Positions 1 through 9,668 of a DNA stretch of 64,000 bases are shown here, piece after piece. Position numbers and translations under genes: made by a program. Location of the stretch: IMG/VR virus record IMGVR_UViG_3300044716_000883, positions 96,001-160,000 of that record. One strand, given 5' to 3'. The notes under the pieces are model-generated. The model worked only from the letters and a program-made list of their open reading frames with translations, made no database searches and had not been told where the DNA came from. Source of the DNA: a virus. Every line of letters starts with the position of its first letter. Within the stretch, counting starts at the first letter, position 1.

Positions 1-47
1 AGGGCAAAATTTTTTATTATATTTACATGTTTAATTTAATTTAATTT

Positions 48-1352
48 ATGAATAAGAAAATCGTAATTGTAGGAGCAGGTGTAGCAGGTATTAATGCCGC
101 TACCAAATTAGTAGATAATGGCTATCCTGGTGAGCTAATCACTATTATAGACAAAGGTAATGACCCAATTAACCGCTTACCTGAAGAGGTAATGACGGGG
201 ATGCTTGGTGCTGGTGGATGGAGTGATGGAAAATTAACATACCATACCTCAATTGGTGGCCAGCTAGCTAAGTACTGTGGTGAAGAAAAAGCCATGGAGT
301 TAATGAAACAAGTAGTAGATAACTTTACTCGTTTCCACCCCACCCCAGAAGAAATATTCATGTCTGATCCTCAAGAGGAACCTGAATTTATTAAACCATA
401 CTTTGGTTTGAGAATGTTTCCTGTATGGCATATTGGATCTAATTTCTTGCATGAAATTGCTAAAAACTGGTATCAATATTTAGTTGATAAAGGTGTTGAT
501 TTCAAATGGAATTTTGAGGTTTATAGTATTGATTTTGAAAATAATAGTATAAATGCTATTAAACGTAGCGAAGAAGCAGATCCATTAGAAGCATTCATTT
601 CATATGATGAACTAATATTTGCAGTAGGTAAATCGGGTATTAACTTTGCTCAATCATTATCAGACAAATATGAATTTCCAACTGAACCCAAATCAGTACA
701 AATTGGAGTTCGATTTGAAGCACCACAGAAGTACTTCCAAAAATTAATAGATGTATCGTACGACTTTAAACTATACCAGAAATTTGATAACGTATCTTTA
801 CGTTCGTTCTGTACTAATAATAATGCAGCTTATGTTGCTGTGGAAGAGACTTATGGGGATGTAAGTTACAATGGTCACGCTAAAAAAGGTGAAGAATTTA
901 GAAACGATATGACTAACTTTGGTATTCTGATGGAAATTAAGGGTATTGAAGATCCATTTGCTTGGAGTAGAGATGTAGTACAAAAACTACAAATTGACAA
1001 TACAGGATTATATTACTCACCATCTCGTAAACCAGCTCTTACATCTGAAGGAGTAACAGTAAGTGCTACCCAAATTGACTCATTAGAATTATTTAAGGAA
1101 GTAATGGGTGAATATGCTGATTATGTTATTAATTTTATTGATGATATGAATAAAGTGTTTGAATTTAATGATGATTGGGGAATGTATATTCCTGAAGTAA
1201 AATACTTATCACCTGAACCCTTAGTAAACTACGAAGATTTATCATTAACAGGATACTCAAATGCACACTTTGCTGGTGATGCTCTATCAGCTAGAGGTAT
1301 TACAGTATCAGGTGCACACGGAATTTATATTGCAGAAAATTTAATAAAATAA
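48..1352 (+). CDS. FAD/NAD(P)-dependent oxidoreductase (COG2509/HI0933-like)
   Basis: N-terminal Rossmann motif IVIVGAGVAG, GAGGWSDGKL segment, C-terminal FAGDALSARGITVSG FAD-binding motif. Confidence 0.8.
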   Translation: MNKKIVIVGAGVAGINAATKLVDNGYPGELITIIDKGNDPINRLPEEVMTGMLGAGGWSDGKLTYHTSIGGQLAKYCGEEKAMELMKQVVDNFTRFHPTPEEIFMSDPQEEPEFIKPYFGLRMFPVWHIGSNFLHEIAKNWYQYLVDKGVDFKWNFEVYSIDFENNSINAIKRSEEADPLEAFISYDELIFAVGKSGINFAQSLSDKYEFPTEPKSVQIGVRFEAPQKYFQKLIDVSYDFKLYQKFDNVSLRSFCTNNNAAYVAVEETYGDVSYNGHAKKGEEFRNDMTNFGILMEIKGIEDPFAWSRDVVQKLQIDNTGLYYSPSRKPALTSEGVTVSATQIDSLELFKEVMGEYADYVINFIDDMNKVFEFNDDWGMYIPEVKYLSPEPLVNYEDLSLTGYSNAHFAGDALSARGITVSGAHGIYIAENLIK

Positions 1353-1353
1353 T

Positions 1354-1590
1354 ATGTCAGAAACAAAAAAATTAAAAACACAAGACGGATCAATAGTATA
1401 TTATTGGGAAGGTAAAATGCATAATTGGGATGGACCAGCATATATCCCCCAGGGTAACAAACGTGCATCTGAATATTGGTTATTCGGAATAAAATATTCT
1501 AAAGACCAATGGGAAGATAGAAAGAAAGATGTTAATGGACAACCATTTTACAAAACAGCAGCTGGTAAAGCAGCAGGTGCTAGAGTTTAA
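1354..1590 (+). CDS. hypothetical protein with HxxDGPA (MORN-variant-like) motif
   Basis: KMHNWDGPAYI...EYWLFG resembles the HRxDGPA beta-hairpin repeats seen in phage proteins. Confidence 0.55.
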   Translation: MSETKKLKTQDGSIVYYWEGKMHNWDGPAYIPQGNKRASEYWLFGIKYSKDQWEDRKKDVNGQPFYKTAAGKAAGARV

Positions 1591-1617
1591 GCAAAATAAA
1601 GGTTATAAATTCAATAC

Positions 1618-1863
1618 ATGAGTAGAGGAAGACCAGCAGTAATAGAAACAGTAGAGCCACCACGTAAATATACTCGTGTATTTGAAGATGAATTTACCGT
1701 TGAAACATGGACATACGATTTAAATAAATTTCATGGTCCTATTAACGTTGATATTAAATATAAGGCGGGTGCTGAAAAGGCTATTAAACAACAAATAAAG
1801 CAAGCTAAGCAGGAGAAAAAGACAGCACGTCAAATGAAAAAAATAAACGAACGAAACAAATGA
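1618..1863 (+). CDS. hypothetical basic protein
   Basis: 81-aa ORF, ATGA overlap with the next gene. Confidence 0.6.
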   Translation: MSRGRPAVIETVEPPRKYTRVFEDEFTVETWTYDLNKFHGPINVDIKYKAGAEKAIKQQIKQAKQEKKTARQMKKINERNK

Positions 1864-2378
1864 GAATAGGATTAGCAGGTACAATGTCTGTAGGTAAAAC
1901 TACATTAGCAAAAGCATTAGGTGAATTAGATCAATTTAAAGATCATAATGTACAAACTGAGCGTAGTAAATACTTACGTGATTTAGGCATTCCATTAAAT
2001 ACAGATTCTACATTAAATGGTCAATTTGTATTTTTAGCAGAACGTGCTACTGAATTATTATATCCAAATATAATTACAGACAGAACAATATGGGATGTTT
2101 GTGCATTTACATTCTCAGCTAAATCAATTGATTGGTTTGCTAAACGTTCATTTGTTGAAGCTGCTATGATGCTTCGTGAACAATATGATGTAGTATTTTA
2201 TGTATCGCCTGAAGGCGTACCTATTGAAGATAATGGTGTACGTACTATTGATGCTGAATATCGTAATAAAATCGATTGGGCTATTCGTGAGTCATTAGAA
2301 GAATATAAACCTAATAAATTAGTATATATCAAAGGTACAACAGAGGAACGTATTGCTACAATTTTACAAAACCTATAA
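1860..2378 (+). CDS. P-loop nucleotide kinase (AAA_28/NadR-type or dNMP kinase-like)
   Basis: Walker A GTMSVGKT, ITDRT motif, YDVVFYV, DNGVR lid. Confidence 0.75.
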   Translation: MRIGLAGTMSVGKTTLAKALGELDQFKDHNVQTERSKYLRDLGIPLNTDSTLNGQFVFLAERATELLYPNIITDRTIWDVCAFTFSAKSIDWFAKRSFVEAAMMLREQYDVVFYVSPEGVPIEDNGVRTIDAEYRNKIDWAIRESLEEYKPNKLVYIKGTTEERIATILQNL

Positions 2379-2403
2379 TATTTATATGCACAACAATAAC
2401 AAA

Positions 2404-3441
2404 ATGAAAGTAACAGAACTACAAGAAATTATTCGTAACGTTATTAAAGAGGCGTTAAATGAAGATCAAGCTGCTGACAAAGCAGCACAGGACGCTGAAA
2501 AAGCATCTGTACAGAAGCAAATAGCTGCCCTTAATAAAAAGAAATCAGAACTAAATACAAACAAACCATCTGCAGAAGATAAACCAGCGCACGATGCTGA
2601 AAGACTTGCTGTGGATAAAAAACTTCAAGCTTTAAATAAAAAAACACAAAAATTAAATAAACCAGGCATTTCAGCACTTGAATTAGATGAAATGGCAAAC
2701 GTATCAGTACGTTATCAATTAGCTGGTGATATTAATGCTGATGATTTTAAAGGTAAGAAAAATAGAATTATTACTGCTATGAAAGCCACAGGCGAACCTA
2801 TGGCAAAAATCGACGTAGCTGGTGAATTAGGATACGACAAACAAAATCCAATCAACTCTGATTTCATGGAACTTGTAGCTTCAGGTGTTATTGAACCAGC
2901 AGGTGAACAAAAAGCTCCACGTTTAACTCGTCCTGCATCTGATAAACCAAAGGGTGGTGAAGGTGAAGAAGATTTTGTTACTGGTGATTTAAGCGATGAA
3001 GAAGTAGATGCTATGTTTGCTAAAGCAAAAGCATCAGGTGATGATGAACCAGAAATTGGTGATATTGAAAAAGCAGATGTATCTGCTGCTAAAATGTCAG
3101 ATGCTGATTACGAAGCATTTATGAAAGTTTCTGATTTAGAAAATCGTTTAGCTTCTACAAAATCAAACATTTTAAAGTTAAAGAAAAGTAAAGGTGCTGC
3201 TGGTGATATTAGTGATAAACCATCAACTGAATTAGTACGTTTACGTGATTTAAAAGCATCATTAGAAAAACGTATTGATGATTTAGTAGCTGGATCTGAA
3301 TATTTACAAAAACGTCAAACCAAACTTACTGGTAAAGAATATACAAAACAACCACCAGAAGAAATTAACATTGCAGACGAAGAACCATTAGACGAGTGGA
3401 CTATGAATAGAATGCAATACTATGCAGGTATTAAAAAATAA
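2404..3441 (+). CDS. acidic coiled-coil protein with possible winged-helix domain; putative internal head protein
   Basis: Start moved to ATG 2404, downstream of ATATTTAT at 2378-2385; C-terminal RMQYYAGIKK motif shared with the scaffold. Confidence 0.6.
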   Translation: MKVTELQEIIRNVIKEALNEDQAADKAAQDAEKASVQKQIAALNKKKSELNTNKPSAEDKPAHDAERLAVDKKLQALNKKTQKLNKPGISALELDEMANVSVRYQLAGDINADDFKGKKNRIITAMKATGEPMAKIDVAGELGYDKQNPINSDFMELVASGVIEPAGEQKAPRLTRPASDKPKGGEGEEDFVTGDLSDEEVDAMFAKAKASGDDEPEIGDIEKADVSAAKMSDADYEAFMKVSDLENRLASTKSNILKLKKSKGAAGDISDKPSTELVRLRDLKASLEKRIDDLVAGSEYLQKRQTKLTGKEYTKQPPEEINIADEEPLDEWTMNRMQYYAGIKK

Positions 3442-3445
3442 AAAT

Positions 3446-4138
3446 ATGTCAAAATTAAAAAAAGCATTACCTATTATTTTATTTGCTGTAATAGCAATAT
3501 TAATCGGTAGTGTATTATTTGAAAAGTGTAATAACAATGTTGAGCATAAAGCATTTTTATCTCAAATGGATAGTCTACACAAGGTAAATGATTCATTATT
3601 TGCTGAAATTGCTAAAGATGATGCTGAAATTGATTCTTTAGATTTAGTAGCTGTTGAATTACAATATAAAGTAGATCATCAAAAAGCTAAAGTTAAAACT
3701 ATTGTTGAGTATATTGAAGTAGAAAAAAACAACATTGATGGTTTTTCTAATCCTGAACTAGTAAGCTCATTTAACAATCGTTACCCAGCAGATACAATTA
3801 CTAACCCATTATTAGTAGCACAACCAGTATTAGTTAGCGCTGCTAAGGATTTAGTAGAATTAGATGGTGCTAAACAAATCATTGTACTTAAAGATAGCTC
3901 TATCAATACACTGGAAGCAAAAGTAACTGTTAAAGATAGTGTTATTGGAAAATATGCTAATAAAGAACTTAACTACAAAAATATTATCCTGAATAAAGAT
4001 AAAGAAATTACAGGATGGGAAGGACAATATCAAAAACTAGAATTACAATACAACAAGTTAAAAGTAAAATCTAAATTCCAACGCATAGGAAGCTATGTAG
4101 TAATTGGTGGATTAGCTTACTTGATGTTAGTAAAATAA
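3446..4138 (+). CDS. membrane-anchored coiled-coil protein (spanin-like, inferred)
   Basis: N-terminal hydrophobic helix (LPIILFAVIAILIGSVLF), long heptad region, hydrophobic C-terminus; start moved to ATG 3446. Confidence 0.5.
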   Translation: MSKLKKALPIILFAVIAILIGSVLFEKCNNNVEHKAFLSQMDSLHKVNDSLFAEIAKDDAEIDSLDLVAVELQYKVDHQKAKVKTIVEYIEVEKNNIDGFSNPELVSSFNNRYPADTITNPLLVAQPVLVSAAKDLVELDGAKQIIVLKDSSINTLEAKVTVKDSVIGKYANKELNYKNIILNKDKEITGWEGQYQKLELQYNKLKVKSKFQRIGSYVVIGGLAYLMLVK

Positions 4139-4161
4139 CGACCCCACGCCCCCACATAATT

Positions 4162-4190
4162 AGGCCTATTCGCAAGAATGGGCCTTCTTT
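4162..4190 (+). terminator. intrinsic terminator (GCAA tetraloop hairpin + T tract)
   Basis: ggcctattc-GCAA-gaatgggcc followed by ttcttt. Confidence 0.8.
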
Positions 4191-4204
4191 ATATATTTAT
4201 TATC

Positions 4205-4498
4205 ATGAAACAGCAAATCAACGAAACTACAAGAATGCAGCAATTAGCTGGTATTCTTACTGAAGCGGCACCAGCAATGCCACCAGTACCTGGCCAAAAA
4301 CCTCAAATGCCTCCTGTTCCTGGTAAGTCATCCTCTGCCCCTTTAGATGATAAAAGAAAAGAAAAAGCAGCAGAAGCCTTTTTCCAAGCTAACGTAGAAT
4401 TGACAACATTAAAAAATAATAAACTTCTTAGTGATAGTGAAATTAAAACCTTAGAAGATCTTCTAGGTAAAGCTATAAATGCAATAAATAGTAAATAA
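4205..4498 (+). CDS. small protein with RMQQLAGI motif and Pro-rich linker; putative head-associated protein
   Basis: Start moved to ATG 4205, after terminator and ATATTTAT; MPPVPG twice. Confidence 0.6.
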   Translation: MKQQINETTRMQQLAGILTEAAPAMPPVPGQKPQMPPVPGKSSSAPLDDKRKEKAAEAFFQANVELTTLKNNKLLSDSEIKTLEDLLGKAINAINSK

Positions 4499-4521
4499 AT
4501 CTTCACTACCCATACATAACT

Positions 4522-4550
4522 AGGCCTGTCCGCAAGGACGGGCCTTTTTT
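4522..4550 (+). terminator. intrinsic terminator (GCAA tetraloop hairpin + T tract)
   Basis: ggcctgtcc-GCAA-ggacgggcc followed by tttttt; paralogous to 4162-4190. Confidence 0.85.
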
Positions 4551-4564
4551 ATATATTTATATAC

Positions 4565-6148
4565 ATGAGTCAAGCGAATATTAAAGAAATAATCAAACAG
4601 GAATACATTAAATGTGCCACAGATCCTGTCCATTTTTTCCGCAAATACTGCTACATTACTCACCCAATCAAAGGTAGAGTTCTATTTCATCTATATCCAT
4701 TCCAAGAGGATGTTTTAAATGATTTTAGAAGTAACAGGTTTTGTATTATCAATAAATCAAGACAGTTAGGTATCTCAACACTATCAGCTGGATTTGCTTT
4801 ATGGACAATGCTATTTAATAAGGATAAAACCGTGTTATGTATTGCAACAAAGCAAGAAACAGCTAAAGGAATGGTGGATAAGGTACAATTTATGTACAAC
4901 AACTTACCTTCTTGGTTAAGAGGTAATCAAAAACCACTATCTGATAACAAATTATCACTAAAATTAGCCAATAACTCTCAGATTGTTGCTACATCAGCCG
5001 CATCAGATGCAGGTAGATCTTACGCAGTTTCGTTACTGCTTATAGATGAGGCCGCGTTCATTGAAGGAATTGATAAAATCTATACGAGTATCAAACCTAC
5101 TATTGCAACAGGTGGAGGAATCATTTCATTATCATCTCCAAATGGTGTTGGTAACTGGTTTCACAAAATGTATACTGAAGCTGAAATAGGAAGAAATGAT
5201 TTCAAAGCAATCAAACTAAAATGGGATTTACACCCTGATAGAACTGGTGATTGGGAAGCAACAGAAAGAACAAACATGTCACCTCGTGAGTTTGCTCAAG
5301 AGTATGACTGTGACTTCTTAGGTTCTGGTAATTCAGTAATTGAACCTGATTTATTATCATTTTATGAAGAAACTTTTATACAAGAGCCTGTTGAACGCCG
5401 TTTTATGGGTGGTGATTTTTGGATCTGGGCTTACCCTGATTATACTAAGCAGTATTTGGTCTGTGCCGACGTTGCTCGTGGGGATGGTTCGGACTACTCG
5501 GCGTTCCATATCATCGATGCTACAACGTGTGAACAAGTGGCAGAATACAAATCCCAAGTTGATACTCGTACTTTTGGGAACATGCTTGTGTCTGTTGCTA
5601 CTGAGTATAATAATGCTCTACTTGTGGTTGAAAATGCTAATATCGGTTGGGATGTCGTTAATACGATTATAGAAAAAGGATATCCTAAATTATATTACTC
5701 ACCTCGTGCTTATGGTGAAATGCAGATGGATAAATGGATGGATAAAATGGATAAAGATCAAACCGTCCCTGGATTCACCACATCAGCAAAAACAAGACCA
5801 CTTGTTATCTCAAAGATGGAGTCGTATATTCGAGAGAAAGTATTCATCTTTCACTCAAAACGTTTACTAGAAGAGCTACGTGTGTTTATATGGCAACATG
5901 GTAAAGCACAAGCTCAAAACGGATATAATGATGACTTGGTAATGGCATTAGGAATGGGATTATTTACTCGTGATACTGCAATGAAATTCTATGAACAGGG
6001 AATGGATTTGAATAGAGCAATGGTTTCAAACATTACCAGAACAACATATGGTTATACAGGACCTGTACTACCTGGTGGCACTCAAAACCCATATATGGTT
6101 GATAATGGTCATGGACAATTCGAAGATATAACATGGGTGTTAGGTTGA
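4565..6148 (+). CDS. terL: terminase large subunit (T4 gp17-like)
   Basis: KSRQLGIST Walker A, LLIDEAAF Walker B, SSPNG coupling motif, nuclease ADVARGDGSDYS and DDLVMAL. Confidence 0.95.
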   Translation: MSQANIKEIIKQEYIKCATDPVHFFRKYCYITHPIKGRVLFHLYPFQEDVLNDFRSNRFCIINKSRQLGISTLSAGFALWTMLFNKDKTVLCIATKQETAKGMVDKVQFMYNNLPSWLRGNQKPLSDNKLSLKLANNSQIVATSAASDAGRSYAVSLLLIDEAAFIEGIDKIYTSIKPTIATGGGIISLSSPNGVGNWFHKMYTEAEIGRNDFKAIKLKWDLHPDRTGDWEATERTNMSPREFAQEYDCDFLGSGNSVIEPDLLSFYEETFIQEPVERRFMGGDFWIWAYPDYTKQYLVCADVARGDGSDYSAFHIIDATTCEQVAEYKSQVDTRTFGNMLVSVATEYNNALLVVENANIGWDVVNTIIEKGYPKLYYSPRAYGEMQMDKWMDKMDKDQTVPGFTTSAKTRPLVISKMESYIREKVFIFHSKRLLEELRVFIWQHGKAQAQNGYNDDLVMALGMGLFTRDTAMKFYEQGMDLNRAMVSNITRTTYGYTGPVLPGGTQNPYMVDNGHGQFEDITWVLG

Positions 6149-6179
6149 TAAATATTTATTGATACAATAAAACAAAATA

Positions 6180-8054
6180 ATGGCAGAACAACAACCAGGT
6201 TTGTTTGGTAGGCTTACACGTTTATTCAGTACAGATGTCATCATCAGAAATGTTGGTGGTAATCAATTAAAAACTATAGACGTTGATAGAATCCAAGCCT
6301 ACGGTAACGTAAAGACAAACGCATTAATAGATAGATTTACTAAGTTGCATAGATACGGAGCTAACATGCCGTACAACCCAACAATGAACTATCAAACATT
6401 GCGTATTCAGTTATATACTGACTACGAAGCAATGGATACAGAATCAATTATCGCTTCAGCATTAGATATTATTGCTGATGAATCTACATTAAAAAATGAG
6501 GCTGGAGAGGTATTACAAATTAGAAGCGCTGACGAAAACGTTCAACGTATTCTTTATAATTTATTTTACGACGTATTAAATATTGAATTTAATTTATGGT
6601 TGTGGATTAGAAATATGTGTAAATATGGTGATTTTTATTTACATATGGAAGTAGCTGAAAAATTTGGTATTTACAATGTAACACCACTTTCAGTTTACGA
6701 TATGGTTCGCGAAGAAGGACAAGATCCTGAAAACCCATCTTACGTATGCTTCCGAATTGATCCAATGGTGATCGCGGCTGGGGGTATGAATAGTCGTGTT
6801 AAAGATAGAGATGGTAAGATCAAATTTGAAAACTATGAAATAGCGCATTTTAGGCTATTAACTGATGCTAACTATCTTCCTTACGGACGCTCGTTTATTG
6901 AGCCTGCCCGCAAAACTTACAAACAATATGTGCTGATGAAGGATGCAATGTTATTGCACCGCATCACACGCGCCCCCGAAAAACGCGTATTCACTGTAAA
7001 TGTTGGTAACATCCCACCTGCTGAAGTTGATAACTACATGCAGAAGATCATGCAAAAGATGAAGAAAACACCTTTTGTTGATCAACAAACAGGCGATTAC
7101 AATTTAAGATTTAACTTACAAAACATGATGGAGGATTTCTATCTTCCAACTCGTGGTAATGATACAGCAACTAAGATTGATACAATCAAAGGTTTAGAAT
7201 ACAACGCGATTGATGACGTGAATTTCTTAAGAGATGAAATGTTAGCTGCGCTTAAGGTACCTAAAGCATTCTTCGGATTTGAAAAAGATTTACAAGGTAA
7301 AGCTACATTAGCTGCTGAAGATATTCGCTTCGCTCGCACAGTTGAACGCATCCAACGTATTATCCTATCTGAGCTATACAAAATGGCATTAGTACATTTA
7401 TATGTACAAGGCTATGATGGTGAAGCATTATCAAATTTTGAATTATCACTTACTACCCCATCAGTAATCTACGAACAAGAAAAAGTAGCATTATGGAAGG
7501 AAAAGATTGATTTAGCTAAATCTATTCAAGATACAAATTTAATACCTTCAGATTGGATTTACGATTATATATTCCAGTTTAGTGAAGATCAATTTGATGA
7601 AATGCGTGATTTAGTACTTGAAGATAAAAAACGTGTCTTCAGATTAGCTCAAGTAGAGAACGAAGGTAACGACCCAGCTAAAACTGGTAAATCATTTGGT
7701 ACACCACACGATTTAGCATCAATGTATGGTAAAGGTAGATCAGGAATGAATGTAGATGGCACTGTACCTCCAGGCTATGACGAGAAACGTCCAGTTGGTC
7801 GTCCTCAAGAAAAAGCATCTATGATCAATACACAAAATGATCCATTAGGTAAAGATAGATTAGGTAGAAAAGATAACAACACCTTGTATACCGCTAATAT
7901 ACCTTCTGAAGAGGGTACACCAAAAGCTATGTTTGAATTTAAAAAGAACAAAAGCTTACTTGAAGGTATCAATATAGCTCGTAAAGAACTAGTAGTAGGA
8001 CCTGATCAGGAACCATCATTACTAGATGAAAAAAATATCAAGGACATACAATAA
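6180..8054 (+). CDS. gp20: portal protein (T4 gp20-like)
   Basis: YGRSFIEPARK, LHRITRAPEKRVF, EDFYLPTRG, ALKVPKAF motifs; follows terminase. Confidence 0.93.
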   Translation: MAEQQPGLFGRLTRLFSTDVIIRNVGGNQLKTIDVDRIQAYGNVKTNALIDRFTKLHRYGANMPYNPTMNYQTLRIQLYTDYEAMDTESIIASALDIIADESTLKNEAGEVLQIRSADENVQRILYNLFYDVLNIEFNLWLWIRNMCKYGDFYLHMEVAEKFGIYNVTPLSVYDMVREEGQDPENPSYVCFRIDPMVIAAGGMNSRVKDRDGKIKFENYEIAHFRLLTDANYLPYGRSFIEPARKTYKQYVLMKDAMLLHRITRAPEKRVFTVNVGNIPPAEVDNYMQKIMQKMKKTPFVDQQTGDYNLRFNLQNMMEDFYLPTRGNDTATKIDTIKGLEYNAIDDVNFLRDEMLAALKVPKAFFGFEKDLQGKATLAAEDIRFARTVERIQRIILSELYKMALVHLYVQGYDGEALSNFELSLTTPSVIYEQEKVALWKEKIDLAKSIQDTNLIPSDWIYDYIFQFSEDQFDEMRDLVLEDKKRVFRLAQVENEGNDPAKTGKSFGTPHDLASMYGKGRSGMNVDGTVPPGYDEKRPVGRPQEKASMINTQNDPLGKDRLGRKDNNTLYTANIPSEEGTPKAMFEFKKNKSLLEGINIARKELVVGPDQEPSLLDEKNIKDIQ

Positions 8055-8087
8055 TCACATATTTATAGGTAGTGCACACTATTCATT

Positions 8088-8942
8088 ATGAAAATTAAAC
8101 ACAGCAAATTCAAAAATACAGGAATATTATTCGAGCTATTGGTACGCCAAATTGCATCGGACACTGTATCTAATAAAGATTCAGCTGCTATTGGATTAGT
8201 TAAAAAATATTTTAGCAAATCAGAATTAGCTAAAGAATATAAATTGTATCAAGCGTTAATTACGCCGAAAAACTTAAGTGAAGCTAAAGCCGAGACGTTT
8301 ATCAACGCAACGCTTGAAGCTTCTTCTCGTTTAAACAAAACGAATTTACGTAAGGAAAAATACAATATTATTAAAGAAATTCGTGAATCTTATGATTTAG
8401 AAGAATTCTTTAAAGCAAAAATTAGCCATTACAAGCAATACGCTGCTGCATTCAATTTAATTGAAGCACATAATTCTCAAGAATTCACTGCTCCTCAGCA
8501 AATTATCGATAACAAAATTACATTACTTGAACATATCACTCGTAAAGAAGTTGATAAAGAAGGTGTTAAAGACCGTGTAATGGAAGAATATGGTGGTATG
8601 GACAAAGGTACTCGTATCTTAGCTTACCGTATGTTATTAGAAAAATTCAATAGCAAATACGCTACATTATCTGATACTCAGAAAACTGTATTAAAAGAAT
8701 TCATCAACAATATCACTAACACAACTAAATTACGTGATTTTGTTAATAAGAACTTTACAACTATTGCTGAAGAACTTACTCAAATCATTCCTACTGTAAC
8801 AGATAAAACAACTCAAATTAAATTATCTGAAGTAGTTACTTTATTGAAACCTTTAGACAAGACTCAAAACGTAAAAGACGAAAATATTATTTCGTTATTA
8901 CAATATCATCAATTAATTGAAGAATTAAAAGCTGTCAAATAA
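8088..8942 (+). CDS. conserved head-module hypothetical protein
   Basis: Long ORF between portal and protease, helical, structural-gene codon usage. Confidence 0.7.
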   Translation: MKIKHSKFKNTGILFELLVRQIASDTVSNKDSAAIGLVKKYFSKSELAKEYKLYQALITPKNLSEAKAETFINATLEASSRLNKTNLRKEKYNIIKEIRESYDLEEFFKAKISHYKQYAAAFNLIEAHNSQEFTAPQQIIDNKITLLEHITRKEVDKEGVKDRVMEEYGGMDKGTRILAYRMLLEKFNSKYATLSDTQKTVLKEFINNITNTTKLRDFVNKNFTTIAEELTQIIPTVTDKTTQIKLSEVVTLLKPLDKTQNVKDENIISLLQYHQLIEELKAVK

Positions 8943-9535
8943 TGGATCTACAGGAGTATATCAAACAGTTAGTACAGCAAGAATTAGACGAAATGTCTGT
9001 TTCTGGTGATGCTGGTGGTTATTTAGCTCCAAACGCATTTTCTAAAAAAGGCCAAGGTAAAAATGCAGCGACTAAATATGCTGAAAAAATGGGCTTTAAA
9101 TTAGTTAAAAATCCTTCAATGAATAATGAAAGTAACTACGATAAAGCTTCTCAAAAAGGTCAAGCAAGTGGTTATACAGCAGCTAGTCCTTATACCGCTG
9201 GTGGAATTAAAGGAGATGATTATTATAAAAAAGAAAGTATGAAAGAATCATTAATAGACATTATTGAGCAAGAATTACTTAACGAAGTAACATACGGTAA
9301 ATTTAAAAAAGATGTTAAGTTCAGAACTAAATCTGAACAATTACATAAGGCTATTCGTGAAGTAAAACGCAAATTACAAGAAATTGATCGTATTGTTGAA
9401 TATACGTCTCGCATGAAGCAAGAATTAAGTGAAGAAGGTGGTGTTAATTATTGGAAAGCAACACAAAAGAATGTTGCTACTATCTCAGAAATGGTAAATC
9501 AACTTAACAATAAAATTAAAAACTTGAACCAATAA
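8942..9535 (+). CDS. head-module hypothetical protein
   Basis: TAATG-coupled ORF; ELDE and LLNE possible protease sites. Confidence 0.65.
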   Translation: MDLQEYIKQLVQQELDEMSVSGDAGGYLAPNAFSKKGQGKNAATKYAEKMGFKLVKNPSMNNESNYDKASQKGQASGYTAASPYTAGGIKGDDYYKKESMKESLIDIIEQELLNEVTYGKFKKDVKFRTKSEQLHKAIREVKRKLQEIDRIVEYTSRMKQELSEEGGVNYWKATQKNVATISEMVNQLNNKIKNLNQ

Positions 9536-9657
9536 TGGCAAAAGCGGTAGGCAACAGCAACAAATTATCATTTGGTAAACGCAAAAACGGATCAGCAAAA
9601 AAATCATATAACAAACATACACCACGTCCAAAATCATATAGAGGTCAAGGTAGATAA
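9535..9657 (+). CDS. 40-aa very basic peptide ending YRGQGR (not in ORF track)
   Basis: TAATG coupling to the upstream gene; MAKAVGNSNKLSFGKRKNGSAKKSYNKHTPRPKSYRGQGR. Confidence 0.65.
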   Translation: MAKAVGNSNKLSFGKRKNGSAKKSYNKHTPRPKSYRGQGR

Positions 9658-9668
9658 AACATATATAA

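Noticed and set aside
4565-6148. Intein or intron in the terminase
   Set aside because: 527-aa ORF is contiguous, with normally spaced ATPase and nuclease motifs.
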